Shown: positions 48,755 to 58,824 of the stretch, piece after piece | Layout of the letters: each line of letters starts with the position of its first letter | How positions within the stretch are numbered: position 1 is the first letter of the stretch | Origin: SAR202 cluster bacterium bin16 | GTDB taxonomy: Bacteria > Chloroflexota > Dehalococcoidia > Lucifugimonadales > Australimonadaceae | NCBI GenBank assembly: GCA_002238425.1 | Contig: MPMJ01000006.1 | Span: forward strand, 5,149-69,148 | Length of the DNA stretch: 64,000 nucleotides | Direction: 5' to 3' | Translations under genes and position numbers: made by a program | Notes under the pieces: generated by a model | What the model was told of the DNA's origin: nothing | Database searches by the model: none | The model's input: only the letters and a program-made list of their open reading frames with translations

Positions 48755-50842
48755 GTGGCCGAGTACATTGCCGCCCTGGGGTTCCTCGGAGACCCGCTCT
48801 ACTGGACGATGCTGGTGCTGGCGGTCGTGCTGCTGGGAACGATCGGCCTCATCCCGGGTCTGGGCAGCACGACCATCGCCGCTATCGCCATCCCGTTCCT
48901 GCTGTTCAACTTCGGCGACAACCCCACTGCAGGCATCATCTTCCTTGCGGCCCTCGGCGGACTGAACAACACGCTGGACTCGGTGCCCGCAGTGCTGCTG
49001 GGTTACCCGGGCGCCGCCACGCAGGTCACGTTCCTCGAAGGCCACCAGCTCGCGATGCGGGGACGGGCCGCGCATACGCTGGGGGCTATCTACGCCGTAT
49101 CTGCCATCGGCGGCGTGGTCGGGGCGATAGCGCTGCTCGCCATGATCCCGTTCATGCGCCCCATCCTGGTCCGGTTCTCGTTCCCCGAGATAGCCGCCAT
49201 GGCGATGTTCGGCGTACTGATGGTGTCCGTACTGAGCCGCGGCGCGATGATCAAGGGCATCATCTCCGGCCTCCTCGGCGTGCTGGTCAGCACGATCGGC
49301 ACCGACGGCATACAAGGCCTGCCACGGCTCACCTTCGAACAGGTCTACCTGCTGGACGGGCTTCCCCTGATACCGACGCTGATCGGGTTCTTCGCGCTTC
49401 CGGAGCTGATAGACCTGACCATGACGGGGCGGCCGGTTTCCCAGCCGGGAACGGTCTCGACCAAGGAGGTCTTCTCCGGTGCGCGGTACGGCGCGAGCAA
49501 GTGGCGGATGGCGATCCGGCAGAGCTTGTTCGGTGTGTTCATGGGCGCGATCCCGGGGATCGGGAGCGCCGTCATCGACTGGCTCTCGTACGCGTTCGGC
49601 ATGGCGCTGTCGAAAGACAAGACCGGGTTCGGCAAGGGGTCGCTGGACGGCGTGCTCTTCGCTGAATCGGCCCAGAACTCGAAGGAAGGCGGCCAGGCGA
49701 TCCCCACGCTGGCGTTCGGCATCCCCGGCGGCTCCTCGTGGGCCATCGTGCTCGTCGGGCTCCTCTTCTACGGCATCGCCCCGGGACTGGGGATGCTCGA
49801 CCAGCACCTGGACGTGATGGTCGCCATCGTCGTGACGCTGGCCCTGGGCAACCTGCTCATCACCATGATGGGAATCGTGGCGACCGGCCAGATCGCGAAG
49901 GTGACGCTGGTGCCCTACCCGCTCCTGGCGGCAGCCCTGTTCCCGCTGGTGTTCATCGCGGCGTTCCAGTCGACGACGGCGTGGGGCGACATCCTGGTGC
50001 TCATCGCGGCGGGCATGCTCGGCCTCGCGATGAAGTGGCTCGGCTGGCCACGGCCTCCGTTCATCCTCGGGTTCATCCTGGGGCCCATCATCGAGAAGAA
50101 CCTGTGGACGGCCTTGAACGTGTTCGGCCCCGTGGGGATGCTCACGCGGCCTATCTCGATCATCCTCTTCATCTTCGCGGTGTTGAGCGTCATCTACCTG
50201 ACCAAGGCGATGGCCACGGGGACGGCGATCAGCAAGATCGCTTCAACCGCGGCCCCACAGGGCGGAGTCCCGCCGGCGCAGGGCGGGTCAGGAGACGAGC
50301 CGGACGCGGCAGCGACGGCTTCCGGATGGAGCAGGATACTTCCGGGCCATCCACGTTTCCGCTGGACGTGGGAGTCCGCTTTCCCCTTCACGGTGCTCGC
50401 GGTAGTCGTCCTGTTCATCGTCGACGTCAGCGCGCTGAGAACCGGGGCTGCGAAGTTCCTGCCGCTCTACCTCAGCATCGCTCTCATCCCGCTCATCCTG
50501 TACGAGACGTTCCGGATGAACGTGTACCGGACAGAGCGGGTGGACATCATGGACCTGGGGATGCGGACCGGCACAGACCGGATAGCGTTCCGCGCGTTCC
50601 TGGGGATCTCGGCATGGCTCGCCGCCATGGTCATCGGCGGCGCCATATTCGGACTGCAGTACGCCACCGTTGGATTCGCAGTCCTCTTTGGGTTCGCAAC
50701 GCTGCAATGGCGAGGCCGCAAGAGACTCTGGGCGCTGGTGCCCGGCGTGATCGTGGCTATCGTCGTGTTCGGAGTCCTGGACCAGATCATGCACGTCATA
50801 TGGCCCGACCGCGTTATACTCGACGCGCTTCTCGGGCGGTAA
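48755..50842 (+). CDS. tctA: TctA permease with fused TctB-like C-terminal domain
   Basis: GLIPGLG, ESAQNSKEGG, PTLAFGIPG, ILGFILG; extra four-TM tail. Confidence 0.85.
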   Translation: MAEYIAALGFLGDPLYWTMLVLAVVLLGTIGLIPGLGSTTIAAIAIPFLLFNFGDNPTAGIIFLAALGGLNNTLDSVPAVLLGYPGAATQVTFLEGHQLAMRGRAAHTLGAIYAVSAIGGVVGAIALLAMIPFMRPILVRFSFPEIAAMAMFGVLMVSVLSRGAMIKGIISGLLGVLVSTIGTDGIQGLPRLTFEQVYLLDGLPLIPTLIGFFALPELIDLTMTGRPVSQPGTVSTKEVFSGARYGASKWRMAIRQSLFGVFMGAIPGIGSAVIDWLSYAFGMALSKDKTGFGKGSLDGVLFAESAQNSKEGGQAIPTLAFGIPGGSSWAIVLVGLLFYGIAPGLGMLDQHLDVMVAIVVTLALGNLLITMMGIVATGQIAKVTLVPYPLLAAALFPLVFIAAFQSTTAWGDILVLIAAGMLGLAMKWLGWPRPPFILGFILGPIIEKNLWTALNVFGPVGMLTRPISIILFIFAVLSVIYLTKAMATGTAISKIASTAAPQGGVPPAQGGSGDEPDAAATASGWSRILPGHPRFRWTWESAFPFTVLAVVVLFIVDVSALRTGAAKFLPLYLSIALIPLILYETFRMNVYRTERVDIMDLGMRTGTDRIAFRAFLGISAWLAAMVIGGAIFGLQYATVGFAVLFGFATLQWRGRKRLWALVPGVIVAIVVFGVLDQIMHVIWPDRVILDALLGR

Positions 50843-50872
50843 ACCGCATCGCGACCGATAAAGGAGGCACCC

Positions 50873-51460
50873 ATGCGCCGCACAATGATTCGACAGACCA
50901 CAACCGCAGCCATCATCGTGGCGCTGGGACTGGCGTTACTCGCCGCTCTGTTGCCGGGAGTCACGCCGTTCGGCTCCGAGGCCCGAGGACAGGACGGCGA
51001 TTCCGCACCGAGCGTCGTTGTCTGGCCCGGCGTCGGGGAACTGCACAGCGGAAGCAGCTTCGCAATCATGGGCACCGGGTTCGAGCCCGGGCAGGAGATA
51101 CACGTGCTGCTGCAGACGAGCATCGGGCGAGGCTTCGCCGGCACCGTCACCAACGAGATCACCGGGAACGTACAGCCGCCTATCGAGGCGGCGGACGAGT
51201 CGGGGAACTTCGCGGCACGTTTCGACATGGGGCGGTTCGAGCGCGTGATGTCGGAAGGCATCGCGGGCATCACCGTAACCGACGCCGACTTCAACGTGCT
51301 GGCGTCGACCCCAGTAGCGATGTGCGACCCGCAAGGCCGGTCGCGAGTAGAGGTGTACCCGCGCGGCGCACCCGACTACGAAGCCAACCCGGACGACCCG
51401 CGGCCGACCACGTACTGCGCCGGTTTCTTCGAGTACCCGGAGCGTCCCGAGGCAGGCTAG
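50873..51460 (+). CDS. Secreted hypothetical protein
   Basis: Signal peptide, GTGFEPGQ motif; AAGGAGG RBS. Confidence 0.65.
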   Translation: MRRTMIRQTTTAAIIVALGLALLAALLPGVTPFGSEARGQDGDSAPSVVVWPGVGELHSGSSFAIMGTGFEPGQEIHVLLQTSIGRGFAGTVTNEITGNVQPPIEAADESGNFAARFDMGRFERVMSEGIAGITVTDADFNVLASTPVAMCDPQGRSRVEVYPRGAPDYEANPDDPRPTTYCAGFFEYPERPEAG

Positions 51461-51543
51461 TCCACGCTGACATATCAGCAAAGAAGGGCCAGCTCCCCGC
51501 TGGCCCTTCTGTCGTGCGTGGCGACAAGGCTTTCCCTCGTCCT

Positions 51544-52911
51544 TTACCGGGAGCGCGACTCCAACAGGTCCGCAACCTGCATCCCCGTGCTGTAGCCGCT
51601 GGAGAGGGCGCCGTTGACCGACGGCACACGCATGTAGTCGCCCGCCAGGAAGAGGTTGTCGAAGCGCCCTGCCATCTGCCCAGGGACGTTCGCCATCGCG
51701 GCGAGCATGCCGGGGTCCCCCATGCAAAGCGCCTGTTCCCAGCGGTACACGCGGAAGAACAGCCCCTCGTCATCGCCGGGAAGAGCGGAGCCCGGAGGCG
51801 CCTTCCTGCGAGCGGCGCCCAGCAGTTGGCGCTTTATCTCATCGTCGTCGAGGGGGATGAGTTCTTTGGCACGATCGCGCCCGATGAGCAGGTCGAGGAT
51901 GCTCTTGCCCGGAGGCGCGCAGGCAGGGAGGAAGGCGCACCGGTCCAGCAAGAGCGGCGTGTCGTCGTCCTCCGGGTAGAGCGCGCCGTGCCAGCCGGGA
52001 GGAAGCGGGGCGTGGTCGAGGCCTATCACCACCCGGCAGCCGGTTGAGTAGCTGACGGTGCTGAGCGCGCGGCGCGTCTCTTCCGGCAGGTCGGGGATGA
52101 GGTCCGGGACCTTCGTGCCGGGGACGGCGCAGATGACCGCGTCCGCCTTGATGGTCTCGCCGTCCACGATCACGCCGGCCGCCTCCCCGTCTGCGGCAAC
52201 GATCCTCCTCACAGGAGTCGATACGCGGACCGCATCGGAGCAGGCATCGGCGAGCGCTGCGCTCAAGGAGCCAATGCCCCGCTCAGGCATGTAGACCCTG
52301 CCGGAGTGCAGCATCGTTTCGCCGATGTACGCCCGCATCAGCGCCTGGCCTGCGGGCATCGGATCGCCCAATATCATGTCGAGGGGCCCCCTGAGCGTCA
52401 CCTGCAGGTTCCCGGGCACGCGGAGCCGCTCCAGGTAGTCGCCGAAGGACTCATCGTCGTCGATCTCGGCGAGGGGGCTGTCGCCGGCGAAACTCATGTA
52501 TGCCGCCTGGCGATGGATCTGCCGCATCACCGCAGAGCCCGCCCGCATCCCCGATGGCGAGAGGAAGCCCATCGTGACTGCCGTACGCAGGTGCCGTACG
52601 AAGTTCCAGAACGACTGGTCAGGCGTCGTGGTAACCCACCGGCCATTGCGGTGGTGGCCGAACTTCATCTTCGAAGGGACCAGCGGCAGCCCCAACTCCT
52701 CGCAGAGGCGGAACGCGGTGTCGTAGGTGGAGGTGAAGACGAATGCGCCCGTGTCCAGAGAGAAACTGTCCACCCTCTCGCCCCTGCCGCGTCCGCCCAC
52801 GTGCTCTTCGGCCTCGAGCAGGAGCGGGGTGATGCCCCGCTTCATCAGAGCATAGGCGGCGCTGAGCCCGGCGAAGCCTCCACCGACGATAACGACCCGC
52901 TGTGCAGCCAT
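51544..52911 (-). CDS. FAD-dependent oxidoreductase (protoporphyrinogen/amine oxidase family)
   Basis: GGGFAGLSAA, VGGR, LAGDY...GALSSG. Confidence 0.87.
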   Translation of the reverse strand: MAAQRVVIVGGGFAGLSAAYALMKRGITPLLLEAEEHVGGRGRGERVDSFSLDTGAFVFTSTYDTAFRLCEELGLPLVPSKMKFGHHRNGRWVTTTPDQSFWNFVRHLRTAVTMGFLSPSGMRAGSAVMRQIHRQAAYMSFAGDSPLAEIDDDESFGDYLERLRVPGNLQVTLRGPLDMILGDPMPAGQALMRAYIGETMLHSGRVYMPERGIGSLSAALADACSDAVRVSTPVRRIVAADGEAAGVIVDGETIKADAVICAVPGTKVPDLIPDLPEETRRALSTVSYSTGCRVVIGLDHAPLPPGWHGALYPEDDDTPLLLDRCAFLPACAPPGKSILDLLIGRDRAKELIPLDDDEIKRQLLGAARRKAPPGSALPGDDEGLFFRVYRWEQALCMGDPGMLAAMANVPGQMAGRFDNLFLAGDYMRVPSVNGALSSGYSTGMQVADLLESRSR

Positions 52912-53053
52912 GAGCGCGGTCCTCTTCAGAGTTGCCCTGGGATGTGGTGGGCCAAGCGGTACCGTACTGCGAACCTTCGAGTGGGTGGTGTCCCTAGCTT
53001 AGAGCATCTCCGCTACAACCCTACCATTCGCCCGTAGGAAGAAGTCAGTGACC

Positions 53054-53656
53054 TCAAGCACTGAGATAGCGTGTGACTTCTCTTGCTAGCGCCCCTATCC
53101 CACGCTGCCCGCAGGTGATTACATGCGGTCCGCGGATCGCTTGGGTCATCTTGTGGGGTATAGGTGTCGAAGCCCAGATAACCACCACATCAGCCCAGGC
53201 GACATGCTTATCCGATGTCTTCCTGCCGGGATTCTGCTCTTCGGTAAGGAATCGCAACTCGCATCGCTCCGAACACAGCGCCTGCAGCTCCCGTCTTGAA
53301 CCTGGCCCTCCGCCCACTACGAGCAACTTCGTTTGGCCAGACCCACGCATCGCCTCCAGCATTTCCACGACGGCAGTGCGGTTGTCCCCCCCTCCGCAGC
53401 CGTCGCAGTGCTTAGCCACCACGTCGATGATCATCCTGCCATCACACCGCGCTTTCTCGCGGCAAGCCTGCTTATGGCACGTGCGGAAGATAGTTTCGCG
53501 GATCGCTTTCTCTGCTTGAGGCAACTTCGCTTTGGCAATACGCCCCTTCCCTGGTCGGGTTAGTCTGGCGCGGTACAACACATCAAGACCGATGTCTGCG
53601 GCGGTGCTTTCAAGACCTAGCGCCCCAAGCACGTCAATAAGTGAGATGTCCTGCAT
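53054..53656 (-). CDS. Hypothetical protein, Cys-rich with DUF2325-like C-terminus
   Basis: CHKQAC, CDGC, LLVVGG...ADVVVIW...H. Confidence 0.55.
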   Translation of the reverse strand: MQDISLIDVLGALGLESTAADIGLDVLYRARLTRPGKGRIAKAKLPQAEKAIRETIFRTCHKQACREKARCDGRMIIDVVAKHCDGCGGGDNRTAVVEMLEAMRGSGQTKLLVVGGGPGSRRELQALCSERCELRFLTEEQNPGRKTSDKHVAWADVVVIWASTPIPHKMTQAIRGPHVITCGQRGIGALAREVTRYLSA

Positions 53657-54034
53657 ACAAGACTAGGATACCCTACCCAAGGTCGTTCTCGACAAAGCCC
53701 ACTTGCATATGACAGTGGGGTAGTGTTTCAGTTTCGCTACGAATCTCGTTGCGGAAGGTAGGCTGGGGCTGGCGGGGTTTCCTGGTCTCCGGAAGTGGAT
53801 CCCGGATCCCGCCAAGCCCAGCCTACCGATGGGAGCAGGTGGGCGGTGTGGCCGCCGCCCGGTGGGGCTGCAACCCTGCCAGGTGCCGGACGGCGGCCAG
53901 CTTTTATGGGGCGCAACGCAGGCATGACCACCTCCTTCCGGCAAGCATTCGCCCGCCTTGCTTTCAACAAGCGGCCCCGCCGATTGCACTCGGTGGGGCC
54001 GCACTGCTGTCATATGGGGTTTAGGTGATGGCAG

Positions 54035-54205
54035 CTAAGGGTCGGTAGGTCGTTCCTCTACGCACCACTCGACGTTATAGAACGTTCCGATGCGGTCGCC
54101 ATTCAAGTCGGTAAACTCGACATTGCCGAGGGCGTCCGTTGTGTAGTTCTCGGCGCTCACCTTGCGTTCCTCGGAACCGCGCACCTTGATGATGTACGTC
54201 TTCAT
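54035..54205 (-). CDS. Small hypothetical protein (56 aa)
   Basis: MKTYIIKVRG...; ATGA overlap with the upstream ORF. Confidence 0.55.
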   Translation of the reverse strand: MKTYIIKVRGSEERKVSAENYTTDALGNVEFTDLNGDRIGTFYNVEWCVEERPTDP

Positions 54206-54387
54206 GAGGGCTCTTGGATGAACACTGTTTGCGCCTCCGCATAAAGCACGGTTGCCCCGGCGGCGACGCCCTTGAAGTAGTCGGCTGGCTCGTTCGTCGT
54301 TGTTTTCGATAATGTAATCCACGTGGCTGCCATGATGGCGGCGGCCATGACGAGCCCGTTACGTAGGCTGGTGTTCGAATCTGCCAT
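54202..54387 (-). CDS. Small hypothetical membrane protein (61 aa)
   Basis: AAAGGAG RBS; hydrophobic segment. Confidence 0.5.
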   Translation of the reverse strand: MADSNTSLRNGLVMAAAIMAATWITLSKTTTNEPADYFKGVAAGATVLYAEAQTVFIQEPS

Positions 54388-54411
54388 CGTTGCGCGCTCC
54401 TTTGCGCTGCC

Positions 54412-54501
54412 CTAGGACAGCGCGTTGGCGATGATGGCCATAGCCAGAATCGTGAGTGGAACCAGCCAAGCCAGTCCTGTTAGATTGTCGTCGTTCTTCA
54501 T
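54412..54501 (-). CDS. 29-aa hydrophobic peptide (not in the ORF track)
   Basis: MKNDDNLTGLAWLVPLTILAMAIIANALS*; GGAAGG RBS. Confidence 0.45.
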   Translation of the reverse strand: MKNDDNLTGLAWLVPLTILAMAIIANALS

Positions 54502-54837
54502 TGGGGCCACCTTCCCGGGTGATGATTGGGGCCGACGGTGTCGCATACCGTCGGCCCTTCACTCCCTCGGATGGTACTCCCCTCCCCTCGGGCGGTCAAT
54601 CCCGCGCTTGCTATTCGCAAGGGCGGGGCGTAGCGTGGCCGCTTGCGATGGTTAGTCCTTGCAAGGGATTGCGCGATCTGCGCCCCCTTGCGGCCCCTTA
54701 TGGGGAGGACTAGCCGTCGCAAGCTTGGCTTTTATCTACTCCTGCAAGGCGGTAGCGCGATGGCAAGCCTAACGCTCAGGGCGTGGCGCATCCGGTAAGC
54801 CCCCTGCCACAGCATTCAAAATGGAGGATGTGCCTAG

Positions 54838-55128
54838 GTGAATCTCGGCTACGCACGCCGCCGCATCGCAATAGAAGTCAGCAAGCGCTACAGGTGGCTG
54901 GAGTGCACCGTACACCCAGCCACAGCGCTTGTTCTGGCCATTTCCGTTCCCGTTGACCTGCCTAGCGCTGGGGTGTGGGCAGTGGCCGAATGGGCACCGG
55001 TCGTGTCTGTAGTGGTCGCGTGCGGCAGGCTCTACTTCCCGGTGTTCAAGATGCAGCGCGTCGAGCACGGGCACGACACCCCTGACCCTCCAGACCCCAA
55101 CACGATCTATTGGTGGCCCGAGCGCTAA
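54838..55128 (+). CDS. Hypothetical protein
   Basis: ORF with GGAGG upstream; no recognisable motif. Confidence 0.3.
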   Translation: MNLGYARRRIAIEVSKRYRWLECTVHPATALVLAISVPVDLPSAGVWAVAEWAPVVSVVVACGRLYFPVFKMQRVEHGHDTPDPPDPNTIYWWPER

Positions 55129-55263
55129 CCGGTTAGCCCTCGCAGCATGGCGTATCCGGTAAGGGCAGCCGGGCAGACTCCCGAGATTCGCTTTCAAACT
55201 GTAACAGTGCCTGTCAGTGCGACCGCTTGGCATGGCAGTGCGGGCGTTGTACGCTCAGTCATT

Positions 55264-58200
55264 ATGGTTATTGCCGATACCCTCAGGGACGCGCAAGCGG
55301 TAGAAGACCGCATCAACGCGGTGTTCACGGCTTCATCGACCCGCGACCGTGCCCTAGTCGTGCGCAGCCTCTTTGCCGAGCAACTGGACTTTGACATGGA
55401 ATGGGGAACGGTGAGCCTCGCCGGAATACGCGGCGTGCAGCTACCGGCCGATGCCCACCGTATCGCCTCGGTGGAAGACGAAGTCGAAATCCTGTACGTG
55501 GATCTCGGCGAGACGCAGGCGGACACGAACCGCATTCGCAAGGCGGAGGTCGACGCTGTGGCAAAGCGCATCGCGGATGACCTTGGCGACGACCTGCTGC
55601 TCGTCTTCACTAACCGCGACGCTGACCAACTCCAACTCGTGCACCCGAAATTCGACGGGGCGCGCGTCACCCTCCGCCGCATGACTGTCGAGCGGGACCT
55701 GCCACGCCGCACCGCCTGCCAGCAGATCGCCGAGATATACAAGCAGTGGCGCGAGCCGGGCAAGACGCTCTCCCGCGCACTGGACGACGCCTTCAACGTC
55801 GAGGCCGTCACCAGCCGCTTCTTCAAAGAATACAAGCTCTTCTTCAAAGAGGCGGAGGGGAAGGTCGGCGGCTTCGGCGACGACGAGGAGGCGAAGCGCA
55901 TCTTCACGCTCACCCTCTTCAACCGTCTCATGTTTGTCTACTTTCTCTCCCGCAAGGGCTGGCTTACGTTCCGGGGAGACGCCGATTATCTCAACGCGAT
56001 CTGGGAAGACTACCGCGACCGGAACGACGAGCAGAACTTCTACAACGAACGGCTCGCTCCGCTCTTCGACCGCCTCCAGAACGAACACCTCATGGCATTG
56101 GAGAAGCACAACCCTGCGCTGTACGAGAAGATTGGCGAGCCGCCGTTCCTCAACGGCGGACTCTTCGCGGAGAGGAAGCCGCCAGGAGTGACCGTGCCCG
56201 ACGAGGCGGTACGCCCCGTCATCCGCGAACTGTTCGCTAGGTTCAACTTCACCGTCATGGAGTCCACGCCCTACGACGTCGAGGTGGCCGTGGACCCGGA
56301 GATGCTCGGCAAGGTGTTCGAGGAGTTGGTGAACGAGCGCAACAAGTCCGGCGCGTACTACACGCCGCGCACCGTCGTCTCCTACATGTGCCGCGAGGCG
56401 CTGAAGGGTTACGTCGCTACCGAATGCCCGGTCCTCCCCGAAAACGTCGTGGCTGCGTTCGTGGACGCGCACGACACCGCAGGCCTGCCGGTTGCGGAGG
56501 CCGCGTCAATCGCGCTCGCGCTCGAACGAGCCGCCATTGTCGATCCGGCCTGCGGCTCCGGGGCATATCTCCTTGGCATGATGCAAGAGCTCGTGGACAT
56601 GCACCTGGCCCTCTACCGTGCAGGCGTCACGCCCAAGAGCCTCTACGAGTTGAAACTGCGCATCATCGAGCGCAACCTCTATGGCGTCGACATAGACGAT
56701 TTTGCTGTCAACATCGCCATGCTCCGCCTCTGGCTCTCGCTCGCCATAGACTACGAGGGCGAGGTCAAGGACATCCCTCAGCTCCCCAACCTGGACTTCA
56801 AGATTGAGCGCGGGGACAGCCTGCTAGGCCCTGACCCCAGCCCCGACAACTATGGCGACCTTTTCCGCAACGCCGTGCGCGACAAGGCTAACGCCCTTGC
56901 CAAGGCCAAGGCGGACTACTTCACCGCCACCGGCGGTGAGAAGGCGAATGCCCTGCACACGATCCGTGAAGCCGAGGACGCGCTCAGGCAGTCTCTCGCC
57001 GAGGACAAGCCTGTCCCGGACGGCGCGGTGGACTGGCGCGTCGCCTTCGCCGACGTGTTTCACAGGCGCGGCGGCTTCGATGTGGCCATCGCCAACCCGC
57101 CCTACGTCCAGTTACAAAAGGACGGCGGGAGGCTCGGACGGCTCTACCAAGGCACGGGCTTCACAACGCTCGTGCGCTCCGGCGACATCTACCAGTTGTT
57201 CTATGAGCGGGGCTGCCAATTGCTGCGGGAGCGCGGCCTATTGGGCTACATCACTTCCAACTCCTGGCTCCGGGCGGAGTACGGCAAGCCGCTACGTCGC
57301 TACTTCGCCGAGCACCATGCGCCCCTCCGATACCTTGACTTGGGGAAAGATGTCTTCAAGAGCGCCATCGTGGACAGCGGCATCTTCCTCCTGCACACAG
57401 GCGGGAGTGCGGATGCGTTTCCCGCCGTGGACATGGACAAGCTTCCTCTGTGTGATTTCCCGCCACCGGACGACTTGTGGGGAACAGTACGACCAGATAT
57501 AGAAGCGCCGTGGAGTATCCTCTCACGTATCGAGCAGGGCGTTATGGACAAGATGCACACGCAGGGAATGCCGCTCAGTGAGTGGGAAGTCACAATCAAC
57601 ATGGGGATAAAAACTGGCTGCAATAATGCTTTCATCATCGACAAAGGAACGCGCGACACAATGATAGCACAGGATCCGAAGTCTGAACGAATCTTTAAAC
57701 CAGTGCTCCGTGGCCGAGACATCCATCGCTATCATGCTTCACATGCAGGTCAGTGGTTGATTGACACTCATAACGGTTATGACGATGTGCAGCCTGTCAA
57801 TGTACATGATTATCCTGCCATCGAGGCTCACTTAGACCAGTTTTATGCACATTTGGAGAAGCGGAATGACCAAGGTAGGACTCCATACAACCTCCGAGAC
57901 TGCGCCTATCACAATCTCTTCACACAAGAGAAACTGTTGTGGATGGATTTAACCGAACATGGCCGCTTCTTGTATGACGAAGGCAGGATGTTCTGCCTCA
58001 ATACAGTCTATATGATGTCTGGTGAATCTATTAAGTACCTGTGTGCAATCCTTAACTCCAGTCTCATCACTTGGTATATGAGAAGTACTGCACTGACTTC
58101 TGGGATGGGTGTAACTAGATGGTTTATTGTGTTTGTCGAGGCTATCCCTGTGCCCGAACTCTCTGCCATCGAACAGCGTCCGTTCGTCCGCCTCGTCGAC

Positions 58201-58464
58201 GCGATACTGGAGGCCAAAGCCGCCAACCCCGACGCCGACACGAGCGAGATGGAAGAGGAAATAGACTGGTTGGTCTATGACCTTTACGGCCTCACCAACG
58301 AAGAGACGGCAGCCGTGGCGGACTCCTTGTGGAACGGGCCGCTGAGTGAGGATGAGGAGGATACAGCATTGGTCCGCATCATCGAAGAAAGCCTGGAGGA
58401 AGGGCGCGGCGACATGGAGGAGGTGAGGCAGACACTGCGGGACTGGGATGGAACTCGAACGTAG
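55264..58464 (+). CDS. Eco57I/Type IIG-like N6-adenine methyltransferase with TRD and antitoxin-like tail
   Basis: LNGGLF, DPEMLGKVFE, GAYYTP, DPACGSG, NPPY, TaqI_C-like TRD, IDWLVYDLYGL followed by an extra ~45 aa. Confidence 0.9.
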   Translation: MVIADTLRDAQAVEDRINAVFTASSTRDRALVVRSLFAEQLDFDMEWGTVSLAGIRGVQLPADAHRIASVEDEVEILYVDLGETQADTNRIRKAEVDAVAKRIADDLGDDLLLVFTNRDADQLQLVHPKFDGARVTLRRMTVERDLPRRTACQQIAEIYKQWREPGKTLSRALDDAFNVEAVTSRFFKEYKLFFKEAEGKVGGFGDDEEAKRIFTLTLFNRLMFVYFLSRKGWLTFRGDADYLNAIWEDYRDRNDEQNFYNERLAPLFDRLQNEHLMALEKHNPALYEKIGEPPFLNGGLFAERKPPGVTVPDEAVRPVIRELFARFNFTVMESTPYDVEVAVDPEMLGKVFEELVNERNKSGAYYTPRTVVSYMCREALKGYVATECPVLPENVVAAFVDAHDTAGLPVAEAASIALALERAAIVDPACGSGAYLLGMMQELVDMHLALYRAGVTPKSLYELKLRIIERNLYGVDIDDFAVNIAMLRLWLSLAIDYEGEVKDIPQLPNLDFKIERGDSLLGPDPSPDNYGDLFRNAVRDKANALAKAKADYFTATGGEKANALHTIREAEDALRQSLAEDKPVPDGAVDWRVAFADVFHRRGGFDVAIANPPYVQLQKDGGRLGRLYQGTGFTTLVRSGDIYQLFYERGCQLLRERGLLGYITSNSWLRAEYGKPLRRYFAEHHAPLRYLDLGKDVFKSAIVDSGIFLLHTGGSADAFPAVDMDKLPLCDFPPPDDLWGTVRPDIEAPWSILSRIEQGVMDKMHTQGMPLSEWEVTINMGIKTGCNNAFIIDKGTRDTMIAQDPKSERIFKPVLRGRDIHRYHASHAGQWLIDTHNGYDDVQPVNVHDYPAIEAHLDQFYAHLEKRNDQGRTPYNLRDCAYHNLFTQEKLLWMDLTEHGRFLYDEGRMFCLNTVYMMSGESIKYLCAILNSSLITWYMRSTALTSGMGVTRWFIVFVEAIPVPELSAIEQRPFVRLVDAILEAKAANPDADTSEMEEEIDWLVYDLYGLTNEETAAVADSLWNGPLSEDEEDTALVRIIEESLEEGRGDMEEVRQTLRDWDGTRT

Positions 58465-58717
58465 CCGCAGGTTCGACCGCAATCTGAACCAGATACGTAA
58501 CGCAGCCCTCCGGAGGAGGGTAGAACGAGTGATTGCGGACATCGAAGCGGCTGCGAACATTACAGAAGCCGCAGGTATACGGAGGCTCGCCTCCACGAGC
58601 GGGCAATACTACCGCATCAGAATAGGAGACTACCGCATCCTCATCACAGTTGAAGGAGATACAGCGATCCTGTCAGGGTTCATGCACAGGAGCATCGCCT
58701 ACCGACAATTCCCGTGA
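58448..58717 (+). CDS. relE: RelE/ParE family toxin
   Basis: YYRIRIGDYRI, HRSIAYRQFP; overlaps the methyltransferase stop. Confidence 0.88.
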   Translation: MELERSRRFDRNLNQIRNAALRRRVERVIADIEAAANITEAAGIRRLASTSGQYYRIRIGDYRILITVEGDTAILSGFMHRSIAYRQFP

Positions 58718-58824
58718 CACGCCCTGACACCAAGACTCTCAGCCCACGAGTCCTGTGCTATGGTGAATCAAGGTTTCAAATGAAGGATCGGTCGCCAAGT
58801 GCAAGAAGGCGGAGGTATTGGCAG

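Noticed and set aside
54767-55138. Integron attC sites (CCTAAC/GTTAG) around small ORFs
   Set aside because: There is no properly spaced R''-L''-L'-R' hairpin and no integrase.
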